From positions 672,001 through 736,000 of the forward strand of contig OZ244197.1 of assembly GCA_965216785.1 (NCBI GenBank): a stretch of DNA of 64,000 nucleotides, written 5' to 3'. Below the pieces are notes generated by a model. The model made no database searches. It was not told the DNA's origin and saw only the letters and a program-made list of their open reading frames with translations. Shown in pieces: positions 41,777 through 51,900 of the stretch. A program made the position numbers and the translations under genes. The stretch's first letter is position 1, and each line of letters starts with the position of its first letter. Source of the stretch: Thermodesulfobacteriota bacterium (GTDB lineage Bacteria; Desulfobacterota_D; UBA1144; Nemesobacterales; UBA2774).

Positions 41777-42553
41777 CTACTGTTCCGATATTTCCTGCTG
41801 ACCCCATGATTCATTAAATACGGTTCCCTGCTCAATTGTTTCAACATAAGCCTCTAAGCCTTCTCTATTTTGAAAATAAGAGGCATAGCTCCACGCCTGA
41901 TCGATAGTATTAAACTTGCCTATTTTGACCAAGTTCCACTTTTCTCCCCTAGAATTTTCAATAGGGACGAGATAGGCTTCATAACCTTTAGATTTATATC
42001 CATCTACAACACCCTGAGCTTCTTCTGCAGTCGAAAATGCGCCTACTTGAAGAGTGTATCCGTTTGTTGAAGTAACGGTGTCCTCAAGCGCAGCATCGTG
42101 CTCGTTGTCAGGCTCAACCGTAAGATTATTAGCCGCCAGAACCTCTTGGGGAACATTATCTGCATCACTTATAACCAACATTTGATCTACTTCGTCCGGA
42201 GCCTCAATCTGGGAACTAGCTGTGTCTCCTGCTAATTCGTCACCAAAGAGCCCTTCTTCGGCTAAACTCTCTTGAGCTTGTGTTGCCTCTGAACCTTCAC
42301 TATATAGAATATCCCTTTTTTCATCCCCGGAGTCATTCTGCTCAGCGGATACAGCCAGCTCCTCTATAGTGCTAACAGGCTCTGGGTTTTGCGTTCTTAC
42401 CTCCGGCGTCCCGGTCCCTAATAGATAATCACCGTATTTGTAGCCTGCGTAAAAACCTAGTGCGAATATAACCAGCACAGTGATAAAAGTACCGAAACCC
42501 CGCCTCTTTTTGCCCGGGCTTGTAATAATAAGTCTAGGTTTTAACTCTGCCAT
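41777..42553 (-). CDS. SPOR-domain membrane protein
   Basis: N-terminal TM helix, acidic linker, YTLQVGAFS...VKIGKF. Confidence 0.85.
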   Translation of the reverse strand: MAELKPRLIITSPGKKRRGFGTFITVLVIFALGFYAGYKYGDYLLGTGTPEVRTQNPEPVSTIEELAVSAEQNDSGDEKRDILYSEGSEATQAQESLAEEGLFGDELAGDTASSQIEAPDEVDQMLVISDADNVPQEVLAANNLTVEPDNEHDAALEDTVTSTNGYTLQVGAFSTAEEAQGVVDGYKSKGYEAYLVPIENSRGEKWNLVKIGKFNTIDQAWSYASYFQNREGLEAYVETIEQGTVFNESWGQQEISEQ

Positions 42554-42628
42554 GAGAATCCTCGACTATATTCAATATAATTATCTCAAACATACCGCCG
42601 TAATAATTGAGATTTGAATAACTTATAT

Positions 42629-42716
42629 TGGTGCCGAAGGGGGGATTTGAACCCCCACGAGCTAATGCCCACTGGAACCTGAATCCAGCGCGTCTACCAT
42701 GTTCCGCCACTTCGGC
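42629..42716 (-). tRNA. tRNA-Leu(CAG)
   Basis: Reverse complement GCCGAAGTGGCGGAACATGGTAGACGCG-ctgga-ttCAGgt-tccag, long variable arm, GGTTCAAATCC, CTTCGGCACCA. Confidence 0.96.
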
Positions 42717-42847
42717 GTTGGTTAACTAAACCCATTACCCGCTCGTAATATTATCACACTTGGATAGCGCTCGCTAGTGGCTACTACAGCGTTTTGATTA
42801 AAAACTGCGAGCAATATATATTGCTAGAGCTATAGGAGGCCTTCTGA

Positions 42848-44041
42848 CTAAAATATTTGCTTCTCGGAAAAGAGAACAAGCACGCCTGTATATGTGAATA
42901 GGTGATTTTTACTGCTGAGAGGAGCGAACTCTGCGTTTCCAAAGAATCCGGCAATGGGTACGTCCCCAAGCGCGTTATTTATATATGCAGTATCTATGCC
43001 CTCAATACCGTAAAGTGAACGCCCTCTGGCGCAGCAGTTGAAATAGAGCCCAAATTTATAGGGATTTTCGGGCTTTTGGGAAGCGTTTACACGCTCTAGC
43101 ATTTGCTTTAAGTCTTCACGCGCAGCTTCAGGGTTTCTTGTAGTAAACGATATTATCTGCCCTTCCTCCACATTTTCAGAAACAGCTATAGCGCCAGTTT
43201 CAGGGTCAAGGCCAATCAGGTTCCTGACTAAATAATCGCTTCCTAAGATTTCTGTACCACCGCGGGCTGGCGGAAACGCGACATATATTAAACGCATAAT
43301 GTTAAGCGGGTCGGATATGAGAGAGTCCGGTACTACTTTCTTCAGCACTTGTAGTGCCGGCTCTCCGTTGAGCTCTGTGATCACGTTCTTATTACATTTT
43401 GTAATCATACAAGTTTCCCCAACAAGCTTGCACCCCTGGGTTATATCGATCTTATAGGAAAATTCTCCGCTGAACAAAAAGCCCGAAGCCGCCCCCGAGG
43501 CTACCGTGTCTCTGTAAAATTCAAAAGTATCGTTAATCCTTGGGTCCTCTGAAGCGGACGCTCCCACAATCGGAATATCCCCGATCTTTGACTTAATACC
43601 CAGAAACATGAGGTCCGGGTGTATATGAAAAGGATCCGGCAGAAGAGTGAGGAGTGAGGCTTTGTCAGCGATGGATTTGAGCGTGTTGCCGATTTCCTCT
43701 CCCGCTTTCAGCCCACCTGCACCTAACTGGTGTACTATGAAGGGCTTAGCGTTAATTTCATCTGAAGAAACAGCTAAAACTACGATCCCAGGCTGAGCCT
43801 CAGTCTCACCTGCGTTTGAAAGCACACCGAGCGCGCTGCACCCGCTGAGGTTTTTGGTTTTTGTTATTTCACAAACGCACTTAAGTATTTCTTCATAGTT
43901 TGCTCTGTGCGGGAATGTGCAAAACACCATTGCCCAATCACACTTTTTGACGGCGGCTCGCTGCATCGCCATCTGAGCCGCCTCTCGTGCGGCTTGAACG
44001 CTGTTTTCTATGACGGAGTTTCCTACTCCTGCTTTAATCAT
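42848..44041 (-). CDS. FIST N/C domain sensory protein
   Basis: GCSALG, GASAS, TQGC, ELNGEPA, YFNCCARG, GFFGNAEF. Confidence 0.88.
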   Translation of the reverse strand: MIKAGVGNSVIENSVQAAREAAQMAMQRAAVKKCDWAMVFCTFPHRANYEEILKCVCEITKTKNLSGCSALGVLSNAGETEAQPGIVVLAVSSDEINAKPFIVHQLGAGGLKAGEEIGNTLKSIADKASLLTLLPDPFHIHPDLMFLGIKSKIGDIPIVGASASEDPRINDTFEFYRDTVASGAASGFLFSGEFSYKIDITQGCKLVGETCMITKCNKNVITELNGEPALQVLKKVVPDSLISDPLNIMRLIYVAFPPARGGTEILGSDYLVRNLIGLDPETGAIAVSENVEEGQIISFTTRNPEAAREDLKQMLERVNASQKPENPYKFGLYFNCCARGRSLYGIEGIDTAYINNALGDVPIAGFFGNAEFAPLSSKNHLFTYTGVLVLFSEKQIF

Positions 44042-44178
44042 GACAGTTCAATTACCAATTCCGCTTAATTTAATATTTGCAACTGTATTAACAATAACGA
44101 AACTCTATGAATACAGATATGTATTGTAATCTTAATTACTCTTATCCGAGAATCGGACAATAGATATTACCCGTCCTT

Positions 44179-44622
44179 TTAGCCAGAAGTAATATCTCCC
44201 CAGGAAACTATGCGGCGCGGGGATATCTTTATGATAGGAAGCCCGAGATTCAAAAGATCCATATCTCTGTATTGAGAATATTTTTCACAAAGACTCAATA
44301 AAGAGTTTTCATACTCCTCACCCTCCTCTATCAAGCTTGCGAGCCCTGCGATTTTAAGAAAATAGAGTCTGCTCCAATCCTCGTAGTACTTATCGATAAT
44401 AAAAGATACGTTTGGATTTGAGCGTATATTACTAATCCGCTTGAGAGTGTTTACAGAGACACTCTTTGGTTTTTTATCAATCGGAGTATAGATCAGACCC
44501 GAAACAAATACATAGCAAATAGGGACTATGTGGGGCTTTCCGGCTTCATCCACGGTAGCCATTCTTGCAACTCTGGCGGACTCTAAAATCTCTCCTTGTT
44601 TTCTGCTTGGCTCTACAATCAA
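44179..44622 (-). CDS. PPOX-class (probable F420-dependent) oxidoreductase, TIGR03668-like
   Basis: RVARMATV, PHIVP, DKKPK, KRISNI, DKYYEDWSRL, KYSQY. Confidence 0.8.
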   Translation of the reverse strand: MIVEPSRKQGEILESARVARMATVDEAGKPHIVPICYVFVSGLIYTPIDKKPKSVSVNTLKRISNIRSNPNVSFIIDKYYEDWSRLYFLKIAGLASLIEEGEEYENSLLSLCEKYSQYRDMDLLNLGLPIIKISPRRIVSWGDITSG

Positions 44623-44799
44623 ACTATTTTCTCCCGCATTTTGCTATCATCTTGAATTATCCAATATCTACTTTATAATACCTTGTTTTATTTTATGAGG
44701 GGGGCAGACGGGAGTGCGAAGCACGATCCGGGGGAAGGAATAAAATTAGAGCAAGCGTTTTACTGTAATACCAGGTTTATTAATTACAAGTGAAATTTC

Positions 44800-45741
44800 A
44801 TGGATAATGCAAAGGTCTTTTGCGGGACTTCAAACATCCCGCTTGCCACATCAGTATGTAAATATCTAGACATAGCTCTTGGAAAAGCTGAGATTAAAAG
44901 ATTCAGTGACGGGGAGCTTTCGGCTGAAATATCTGAAAGCGTACGAGGCTCGCACATCTTTGTAATTCAATCTACCTGCCCGCCAACAAACGAGCACATA
45001 ATGGAGCTGCTGATTTTATCGGACGCTCTTAAAAGAGCTTCGGCAAGGGAGATTACCGCGGTCATACCATACTACGGTTATGCCAGACAGGACAGAAAAG
45101 TAAAACCAAGAGCGCCCATCTCAGCCAAATTAGTAGCCGATCTTATAACAACAGCTGGAATAAGCAGAGTCGTTACGGTAGATCTGCATGCAGGACAGAT
45201 ACAGGGTTTCTTTAATATTCCCGTCGATCATATTTATGCGACGCCCGTATTCATAGACTATATTAAAAAGATAAGGAACGGTAACGATACTGTTATAGTA
45301 TCACCAGACGCCGGGGGAATGGAAAGAGCAAGGCAGTATGCCAAAATACTTAACGCAGGGCTAGCGATGACGGATAAGAGGCGTCCGAACCCTAATGTAG
45401 CCGAGATAATGAATGTAATCGGAGACGTTGAAGGAAAAAACGTAATTGTGGTAGATGACCTGGTCGATACAGCGGGTACTGCTGTACAGGCGGGGAAAGC
45501 TCTTGTGAGAGAAGGAGCCAAGAGCGTCAGTCTTTGCTGCACACACGGTGTGCTCTCAGGAAAAGCGATTGAAAATATACATGATTCTGTAATACAAGAA
45601 GTCATAATAACGGACACCATACCGCCTAGTGAAGAGGCTGCGGCTTCTGATCGAATCAAAGTGCTCAGTATTGCAAATCTACTGGGCGAGGCAATAAAAA
45701 GAATAACAAAGGGAGAATCTATTAGCACGCTTTTTAACTAA
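44800..45741 (+). CDS. prs: Ribose-phosphate pyrophosphokinase
   Basis: RFSDGE, PYYGYARQDRK, DLHAGQIQGFF, VSPDAGG, VDDLVDTAGT. Confidence 0.97.
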   Translation: MDNAKVFCGTSNIPLATSVCKYLDIALGKAEIKRFSDGELSAEISESVRGSHIFVIQSTCPPTNEHIMELLILSDALKRASAREITAVIPYYGYARQDRKVKPRAPISAKLVADLITTAGISRVVTVDLHAGQIQGFFNIPVDHIYATPVFIDYIKKIRNGNDTVIVSPDAGGMERARQYAKILNAGLAMTDKRRPNPNVAEIMNVIGDVEGKNVIVVDDLVDTAGTAVQAGKALVREGAKSVSLCCTHGVLSGKAIENIHDSVIQEVIITDTIPPSEEAAASDRIKVLSIANLLGEAIKRITKGESISTLFN

Positions 45742-45774
45742 AGCGAAGCTAGATATATAGAAGGAGTAAGAACA

Positions 45775-46446
45775 ATGGCACAAAGCACATTAAACGTATC
45801 AAAGAGAGTTAGGATGGGGAAAAGCGGAGCGAGGGCTATTAGAAATGAAGGCAATGTCCCGGCTATACTTTACGGAAAAGGTGAAGAGCCTTTAGCGCTT
45901 GTCATCAACCCCGGCGAATTGAAGCAAGCTCTTTCAACCGAAGCCGGGGAGAACACTCTTTTAGAAATAGTCGTTAAAAACGATTCTGAAGAAATAAAAA
46001 AACTATCGCTACTAAGAGAAATACAATACGATTATATAACAAGTAAGCCTATACACTTTGATTTTCAAACGCTAGATGTCAGCAAGAAAATAACTGTAAG
46101 CGTCCCTGTATTGATAAGCGGCAGATCTAAAGGTGTTAAGGAAGGCGGTATACTTGAGGAAATATTAAGAGAAATTTCAGTAGAATGTCTACCAACAGAT
46201 ATCCCAAATTCATTCGAAGTAGATGTGACCGAGCTTGAGATCGGACACTCGATACACGTGAACGCTTTAGAGGTAACGGAAGGAGTTAACATATTACACG
46301 ATGACGAGGATACAATCGTTACTGTCCAGGCGCCTAGAGTAGAGGTAGTTGAAACCGAAGAAGAGGAAGTTGAAGGTGAAGAGGGCGAAGAGGGGGCCGA
46401 GGCTCAAGAGGGAGAAGATACTCAAGAAGAAAGCGGCGACGAGTAG
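45775..46446 (+). CDS. rplY: 50S ribosomal protein bL25 (Ctc type)
   Basis: VPAILYG, HFDF, GVKEGG, acidic tail; prs-rplY-pth synteny. Confidence 0.95.
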   Translation: MAQSTLNVSKRVRMGKSGARAIRNEGNVPAILYGKGEEPLALVINPGELKQALSTEAGENTLLEIVVKNDSEEIKKLSLLREIQYDYITSKPIHFDFQTLDVSKKITVSVPVLISGRSKGVKEGGILEEILREISVECLPTDIPNSFEVDVTELEIGHSIHVNALEVTEGVNILHDDEDTIVTVQAPRVEVVETEEEEVEGEEGEEGAEAQEGEDTQEESGDE

Positions 46447-46454
46447 TCAGCAAA

Positions 46455-47057
46455 ATGATATTGGTAGCAGGTCTGGGGAACCCAGGTAAAAAATATAGCA
46501 ATACGAAGCATAACGTTGGTTTTTTAGTTGTGGACGAGATAGGAAAAAGGGTCGGAATAGAGTTAACAAAAAATAAGTTTAAGGGCATTTTCGGGGAAGG
46601 ATTCACAGGCGGCAACAAGCTTGCGCTGTTAAAACCCGAAACCTATATGAACCTTAGCGGAGAATCGGTTTCAAGTGTAAAGAACTTCTACGACATTCCG
46701 ACTGACAATATTATAGTGGTGTATGATGAGATGGACTTGCCCCTTGGAAATATCAGGATAAAATCTGGGGGCGGCAGCGCCGGGCACAACGGCATAAAAT
46801 CTATAATTTCCTCACTTGGCTCAGATGAGTTCACTAGGGTCCGGGTAGGGATTGGAAAACCGCTGATGAAAGATAGTGGAGCGGGCCATGTGCTTAGCGG
46901 ATTTAGGAAAGAAGAGGGTGAGATAGTTAAAAGCTCGATAATACGCGCGGCGGACGCCGTTTTTGCAATTATCGAGGATGGATTAGAAAGAGCAATGAAT
47001 GAATACAACACGAAAAATAAACAAAAAGAGAATAGTAAGGAAATAGATTCTCATTAA
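46455..47057 (+). CDS. pth: Peptidyl-tRNA hydrolase
   Basis: GLGNPG, HNVGF, KPETYMNLSG, GHNGIKS. Confidence 0.96.
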   Translation: MILVAGLGNPGKKYSNTKHNVGFLVVDEIGKRVGIELTKNKFKGIFGEGFTGGNKLALLKPETYMNLSGESVSSVKNFYDIPTDNIIVVYDEMDLPLGNIRIKSGGGSAGHNGIKSIISSLGSDEFTRVRVGIGKPLMKDSGAGHVLSGFRKEEGEIVKSSIIRAADAVFAIIEDGLERAMNEYNTKNKQKENSKEIDSH

Positions 47058-47075
47058 ATAAGGAGGTTTAATCAA

Positions 47076-49115
47076 ATGGGTGAAGTAATAGCTGCCTTAT
47101 TCGGGCTTATCTTAGGGGTAATCGTTTTAGGCTATGCCTTTTTCGTTTACCGCGAAATAAAGTCCTTGCCCGAAGGCAATGATAAAATGAAGGGAATCGC
47201 CGCTTCTATTGAAGAGGGGGCAATGGTGTTCCTTAACAGGGAATACAGAATTATCGGAATTTTCGTACTGGTCGTATTTATTTTATTAGGACTATTTATC
47301 GACTGGAGAACGGCTTTAGCTTATGTTGGGGGCGCAGTCTGCTCCGTTCTGGCAGGCTTTTTCGGAATGAAATCCGCAACTAAAGCAAACGTAAGGACCG
47401 CTCAGGCAGCGGCTGAGGAAGGACCGGGAAGAGCGCTTGCTGTCGCATTCAAGGGCGGAAACGTTATGGGGCTTTCAGTAGCAGGCCTGGGTCTACTTGG
47501 ACTTTCGGTTGCGTTCACATTTGGTATAGGGCTCCCGGACAACCCGGAGGATGCCGCCGGACTTGCCGGATTTGCTCAGCAGTTTGGTGAGATAATCGGT
47601 GGGTTCGCGATGGGCGCAAGCTCAGTCGCGCTGTTTGCCAGGATCGGGGGCGGTATTTTCACGAAGGGCGCCGACGTTGGCGCTGACCTCGTTGGAAAGG
47701 TGGAGGCCGGAATCCCCGAAGATGACCCGAGAAACCCCGCGACAATCGCTGATAACGTAGGTGATAACGTAGGTGACGTGGCGGGAATGGGAGCTGACCT
47801 TTTTGAATCCTATGTAGGCGCTGTAATCGCTACAATAGTTATTGGAGCTGGAATGGGTGCTAATGAAATAGCCTATATGTCCATACCAATTGTTCTTATA
47901 GCAATCGGAAGCTTCTCTTCCATAATAGGCTCAAAGAGCGTTGAGTGGATGAAGGACCTCGAGCCGCAGTTAGTACTGAGACGCGCAACATTTTATGCTG
48001 GTGGAATTTATTTAGGACTCTCTCTCATTATTCTTCTAATGGTGGGACTCGTAGATGGAGTAGATAAAATTTTGTGGATATGGCTTGCATCCGTATTAGG
48101 GTTACTTGCGGGTATTTCAATTGGGCTATTGACCGAGTACTACACTTCGGGCTCGCCTGTAAGGAAAATTGCAGAGGCCTCTCAGACAGGTGTTGCAACA
48201 AACATCATCGAAGGGCTTTCCGTGGGTATGGTTAGCACAACTCTCCCTGTAATCACAATTGCTATAGCAATCGGCCTTTCCTTCGCATTCGCCGGACTAT
48301 ACGGGATAGGAATTGCGGCAGTCAGCATGCTTGCAACTATCGGTATTACGATGTCGGTTGACGCTTACGGCCCAGTGGCTGACAACGCCGGAGGTATTAC
48401 GGAGATGTCTGAGCTTGGAGACGACGTAAGAAAAATAACGGACAAGCTGGACTCACTTGGAAATACAACAGCGGCAATCGGAAAAGGCTTTGCGATCGGC
48501 TCCGCAGCGCTTGCGGCTCTCGCGCTTTTCGCAGCTTACACAAAAGCTGTGGGACTCACATCGATTGACCTTACGCACAGTAATGTGGTCGTCGGATTGC
48601 TTCTCGGTGGAACACTGCCATTCCTGCTCGGAGCACTAACAATGGGTGCTGTAGGAAGAACAGCGCAGAAAATGGTAGAGGAAGTAAGAAGACAGTTCAG
48701 AGAAATACCGGGGCTATTGGACGGCGAAGCTAAACCCGACCACGCTAGATGTGTTGCTATTAGCACAGATGCCTCACTTAGGGAAATGGTAATTCCCGGA
48801 GTGATCGCTGTGGTAGCGCCTATAGTAATAGGCCTTATTCTAGACGCGGAAGGCCTGGGTGGATTCCTGGCCGGTGCTATCGTATCGGGCGTCATGCTCG
48901 CTCTTATGATGGCAAACTCGGGCGGAGCCTGGGATAACGCGAAGAAATATATTGAAGAAGGTAACTTGGGCGGTAAGGGATCCGATGCTCATAAAGCCGC
49001 TGTCGTAGGTGATACGATCGGCGATCCTTTTAAAGACACGTCGGGACCGGCAATGAACATTTTGATTAAGCTCATGTCAATCGTTTCGCTCGTTATTGCA
49101 CCGCTTTTAATTTGA
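47076..49115 (+). CDS. hppA: Membrane-integral ion-translocating pyrophosphatase, K+-dependent type
   Basis: [53 protein letters not shown]. Confidence 0.95.
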   Translation: MGEVIAALFGLILGVIVLGYAFFVYREIKSLPEGNDKMKGIAASIEEGAMVFLNREYRIIGIFVLVVFILLGLFIDWRTALAYVGGAVCSVLAGFFGMKSATKANVRTAQAAAEEGPGRALAVAFKGGNVMGLSVAGLGLLGLSVAFTFGIGLPDNPEDAAGLAGFAQQFGEIIGGFAMGASSVALFARIGGGIFTKGADVGADLVGKVEAGIPEDDPRNPATIADNVGDNVGDVAGMGADLFESYVGAVIATIVIGAGMGANEIAYMSIPIVLIAIGSFSSIIGSKSVEWMKDLEPQLVLRRATFYAGGIYLGLSLIILLMVGLVDGVDKILWIWLASVLGLLAGISIGLLTEYYTSGSPVRKIAEASQTGVATNIIEGLSVGMVSTTLPVITIAIAIGLSFAFAGLYGIGIAAVSMLATIGITMSVDAYGPVADNAGGITEMSELGDDVRKITDKLDSLGNTTAAIGKGFAIGSAALAALALFAAYTKAVGLTSIDLTHSNVVVGLLLGGTLPFLLGALTMGAVGRTAQKMVEEVRRQFREIPGLLDGEAKPDHARCVAISTDASLREMVIPGVIAVVAPIVIGLILDAEGLGGFLAGAIVSGVMLALMMANSGGAWDNAKKYIEEGNLGGKGSDAHKAAVVGDTIGDPFKDTSGPAMNILIKLMSIVSLVIAPLLI

Positions 49116-49130
49116 CGTAAACTAAAAACA

Positions 49131-49165
49131 AAGGATGCGGTTTATAATGTGTAAACCGCATCCTT
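49131..49165. terminator. Stem-loop after hppA
   Basis: Perfect 14-bp inverted repeat aaggatgcggttta/taaaccgcatcctt. Confidence 0.65.
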
Positions 49166-49244
49166 ACCCCCCTGTTAACAAATCCTCGCACACCTATTCA
49201 CAAATAGAATATTACAGGTAGAATAAGTTAGCTTTTTACAGAAT

Positions 49245-49305
49245 CTGTCGTTCTGTGCTTGCCCCAATAGGTAGTGTACAGAACCCTAAAGTCCAAGACA
49301 GGAGG
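49245..49305 (+). promoter_or_regulatory. Putative S6:S18 ribosomal leader RNA
   Basis: Inner stem gttctgtgc/gtacagaac, adjacent CCC, outer ctgtc/gacag reaching the GGAGG SD of rpsF. Confidence 0.5.
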
Positions 49306-49313
49306 TATTAAAC

Positions 49314-49931
49314 ATGGCTTTAAAGCCTAATTATTACGAAACCCTCTATGTGGTCAGACCTGACCTCAAAGAAGAAGAACTCAGTAAGATCCAGTCAAAA
49401 CTACCCCAGTTCATAGAAGCCCACGAGGGTGAAATAATGAAATCTGATAAATGGGCCGAGAGGGAGCTGGCTTATGAAATATTAGATCATAAAAGGGGAG
49501 TCTATTATATTTTAGTATTCAAAGCTCTCCCCACTGTTACAAGAGACATTGAAAAACATCTTCGGTTTTATAATACCGACGTGCTCAGGTTTATGACTGT
49601 GAAGATTACTGAGGAAGTAGCAGTAAGGGAAAAGAATGCCGCTGAAGAAAAAAGTAGCTCTGCAGAGCCCGAAGCACCGGCAACTCCCCCTGCAGAGACG
49701 GCTCAAGCCTCGGAGGCACCTGCACAGCCGGCAACTGCCGAGGAACCAAAATCTGAAACAGCAGAAACGGCGGCAGATCAGCCGGAAACTCCACAGGAGA
49801 CGGCGGAACAGCCCCAAGCTCAAAAACAAGAGGCTACCAAAGAGGAAACTACGGAGCCGCAGGAGCCTGAAGCAGCAACCGAGGTGCAAAGCGCACCCGA
49901 AACCGCAGAAAAAGAAGGAGGAAAAGAGTAA
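49314..49931 (+). CDS. rpsF: 30S ribosomal protein bS6 with long low-complexity C-terminal extension
   Basis: [22 protein letters not shown]; about 100-aa A/E/P/T/Q-rich tail. Confidence 0.93.
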   Translation: MALKPNYYETLYVVRPDLKEEELSKIQSKLPQFIEAHEGEIMKSDKWAERELAYEILDHKRGVYYILVFKALPTVTRDIEKHLRFYNTDVLRFMTVKITEEVAVREKNAAEEKSSSAEPEAPATPPAETAQASEAPAQPATAEEPKSETAETAADQPETPQETAEQPQAQKQEATKEETTEPQEPEAATEVQSAPETAEKEGGKE

Positions 49932-50167
49932 TGGAATCTCCAAGAAATAGAAGATATTTCTCTAAAAAGAAAATATGCAGGTTCTGCACAGAACCCCTTG
50001 AAATAGACTATAAGAACGTAGATTTAATGTCGAGATTTATAACGGATAGAAAGAAGATAGTGCCGAGAAGAAACTCTGGACTCTGCGCGTATCATCAGAG
50101 ACAGCTCGCTACAGCCATAAAGAGGACACGCTACATGGCCCTTTTGCCCTATACAGTGCTTCATTAA
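49931..50167 (+). CDS. rpsR: 30S ribosomal protein bS18 (Zn-binding type)
   Basis: CRFC, IDYKN, KIVPRR, CAYHQR, ALLPY. Confidence 0.96.
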   Translation: MESPRNRRYFSKKKICRFCTEPLEIDYKNVDLMSRFITDRKKIVPRRNSGLCAYHQRQLATAIKRTRYMALLPYTVLH

Positions 50168-50256
50168 ACAGGCGGATGTTAGGCGGTTGAAGTGAGTGAT
50201 TTAATGATGTTATTAAAAAAGAGTAATAACCAGAATTATCGGGAGGTTGTCAAAAA

Positions 50257-50868
50257 ATGAAAGTAATATTGACTACTGATGTCGACTCATTAGGTAGAGA
50301 GGGCGATATAAAAGAGGTTAAGAGCGGGCTTGCCAGAAACTTTCTCCTGCCAAAAAAGCTTGCAGTTAGAGCAACTCCGGGAAATCTTAAAATCTGGGAG
50401 CAAAAAAGCGGAATAATTAAGAAAAAACAGGATGAGAAACAGGGTGAGGCCGAGGGGATAGCCCAAAAACTTGAGGGAGTCACTTTACTCATCCCGGTTA
50501 AAGTTGGGGAAGAGGAAAAGCTTTTCGGCTCAGTAACTTCTCAGAATATTTCAGATGAGCTGGCTAAGCAGGGGTTAGACATAGATAAGAAGCACATAGC
50601 TCTTGAAAGTTCTATTAAATCATTGGGCACATATGATATCAAAATAAAACTCTACCACGAGGTGGCACCGAGCATTACAGTGCATGTAGTAGACGAAGAA
50701 AATCCGGTACCCAAAGAAGATAAAGAAGAAGAGAACATAGAAGAAGTAATAGAGCAGGAAGCGGCCGCAGAAGAAGAGTCCCAGGAGCAAGAGGTAGTGG
50801 AGGAATCAGAAGAAGTGGCTGAGCGGACCGAAGAAGAGAATACAGAAACCCCTGAAGAAAAAGACTAA
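50257..50868 (+). CDS. rplI: 50S ribosomal protein bL9 with acidic tail
   Basis: MKVIL, GLARNFLLP, KLFGSVT; Glu-rich C-terminus. Confidence 0.95.
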   Translation: MKVILTTDVDSLGREGDIKEVKSGLARNFLLPKKLAVRATPGNLKIWEQKSGIIKKKQDEKQGEAEGIAQKLEGVTLLIPVKVGEEEKLFGSVTSQNISDELAKQGLDIDKKHIALESSIKSLGTYDIKIKLYHEVAPSITVHVVDEENPVPKEDKEEENIEEVIEQEAAAEEESQEQEVVEESEEVAERTEEENTETPEEKD

Positions 50869-50937
50869 GAGATCTACAAAAAAGTCAGATAATTAGAAAG
50901 GCTCTCTTATAGTAGCCCTATAATCTAATTAGATCCC

Positions 50938-51705
50938 TTATTGTCCCTGCTGATTTACAATATCCTGATACGTAATCCTTTGATAACCTGCCGGGGGCTG
51001 AAACTCGCTTGCCGGCAGCTTCTTACTCTGAACGCTCAGAATTTCTTCTATGACAACAGGGCTGCCGTCTTCAGTGTGATATATGGTTTTAAGCGGATAG
51101 CCATTTTGATAAATTTCCCTGAATATCTGATACTCTTGATCGGAAATAGAAGCTGAGCCTCCAACAGTCTGGCTTATGTTTTTTACGTCGTTCATGAGCT
51201 TAGCCATCTTCTCAAAATTGATCTCATTATTAAACCCGGGCTCATTGCTAACCCAATATTCCGTCGCTAATTTGCCGTTTTCAAATATCGTATATTTCGT
51301 CGTGTTGTATCCTGCGATCTTGACAGATTCATCGGACTTTTCAAGAGTCAGCTTTTTGGCCGCTTGCTCACCTTCTTTTGTCTGCTTCATCATAGCTTCA
51401 AACGATTTTAGATGCTCTTCCATCGTAAGGTGTATATAAACCTTATTTTCATTGTTCACAAGAGTTATGTTGCTCGCCCCCAAATCAAAGATGACCGTGG
51501 GTTGGTTTCTATCACCTTTATCCACTTGCTTTAGCTTATTGTCTTGAACGTAGAGAGTAGACTGCTGCTTATTCGAAGAACCTTCTTCATAGACAACCTG
51601 TTCCATTATAAGACCCGAATACGCAACATTTGGCAGAACCATGAATATAGTAAAAAAAATGGATGATATTATAAAAAATGCCGTTTTATTGATCTTACTT
51701 AACAT
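50938..51705 (-). CDS. Secreted protein, DUF4412-like
   Basis: Signal peptide, KIAGYNTTKY, GYPLK, FQPPAGY. GGAGGG SD before ATG 51705. Confidence 0.75.
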   Translation of the reverse strand: MLSKINKTAFFIISSIFFTIFMVLPNVAYSGLIMEQVVYEEGSSNKQQSTLYVQDNKLKQVDKGDRNQPTVIFDLGASNITLVNNENKVYIHLTMEEHLKSFEAMMKQTKEGEQAAKKLTLEKSDESVKIAGYNTTKYTIFENGKLATEYWVSNEPGFNNEINFEKMAKLMNDVKNISQTVGGSASISDQEYQIFREIYQNGYPLKTIYHTEDGSPVVIEEILSVQSKKLPASEFQPPAGYQRITYQDIVNQQGQ

Positions 51706-51900
51706 GTAACGTCCCTCCGAGAAATTGGCAGTAATGACCGTAATTAAAGTACAAATAAGATAACCTAAGTTTACGGCATTAGCCAACAATTAATAAATAC
51801 AAACCTCAAAAATGAGTAGTTAGAATGTCTCTATTGACCCAGTCCCTATCTATGATAGAGTAAAACGGTTAAACGAGATATTTTACGGAGGTAGTAATTC

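Noticed and set aside
44623-44799. tRNA-Gln upstream of prs, as in many bacteria
   Set aside because: No cloverleaf or T-arm consensus in this interval
49512-49950. Alternative-frame ORFs over the rpsF tail
   Set aside because: By-products of low-complexity sequence with no SD or family motifs
51790-51900. TPP riboswitch before thi4 (or before thiE)
   Set aside because: No recognisable TPP aptamer core and too little leader space
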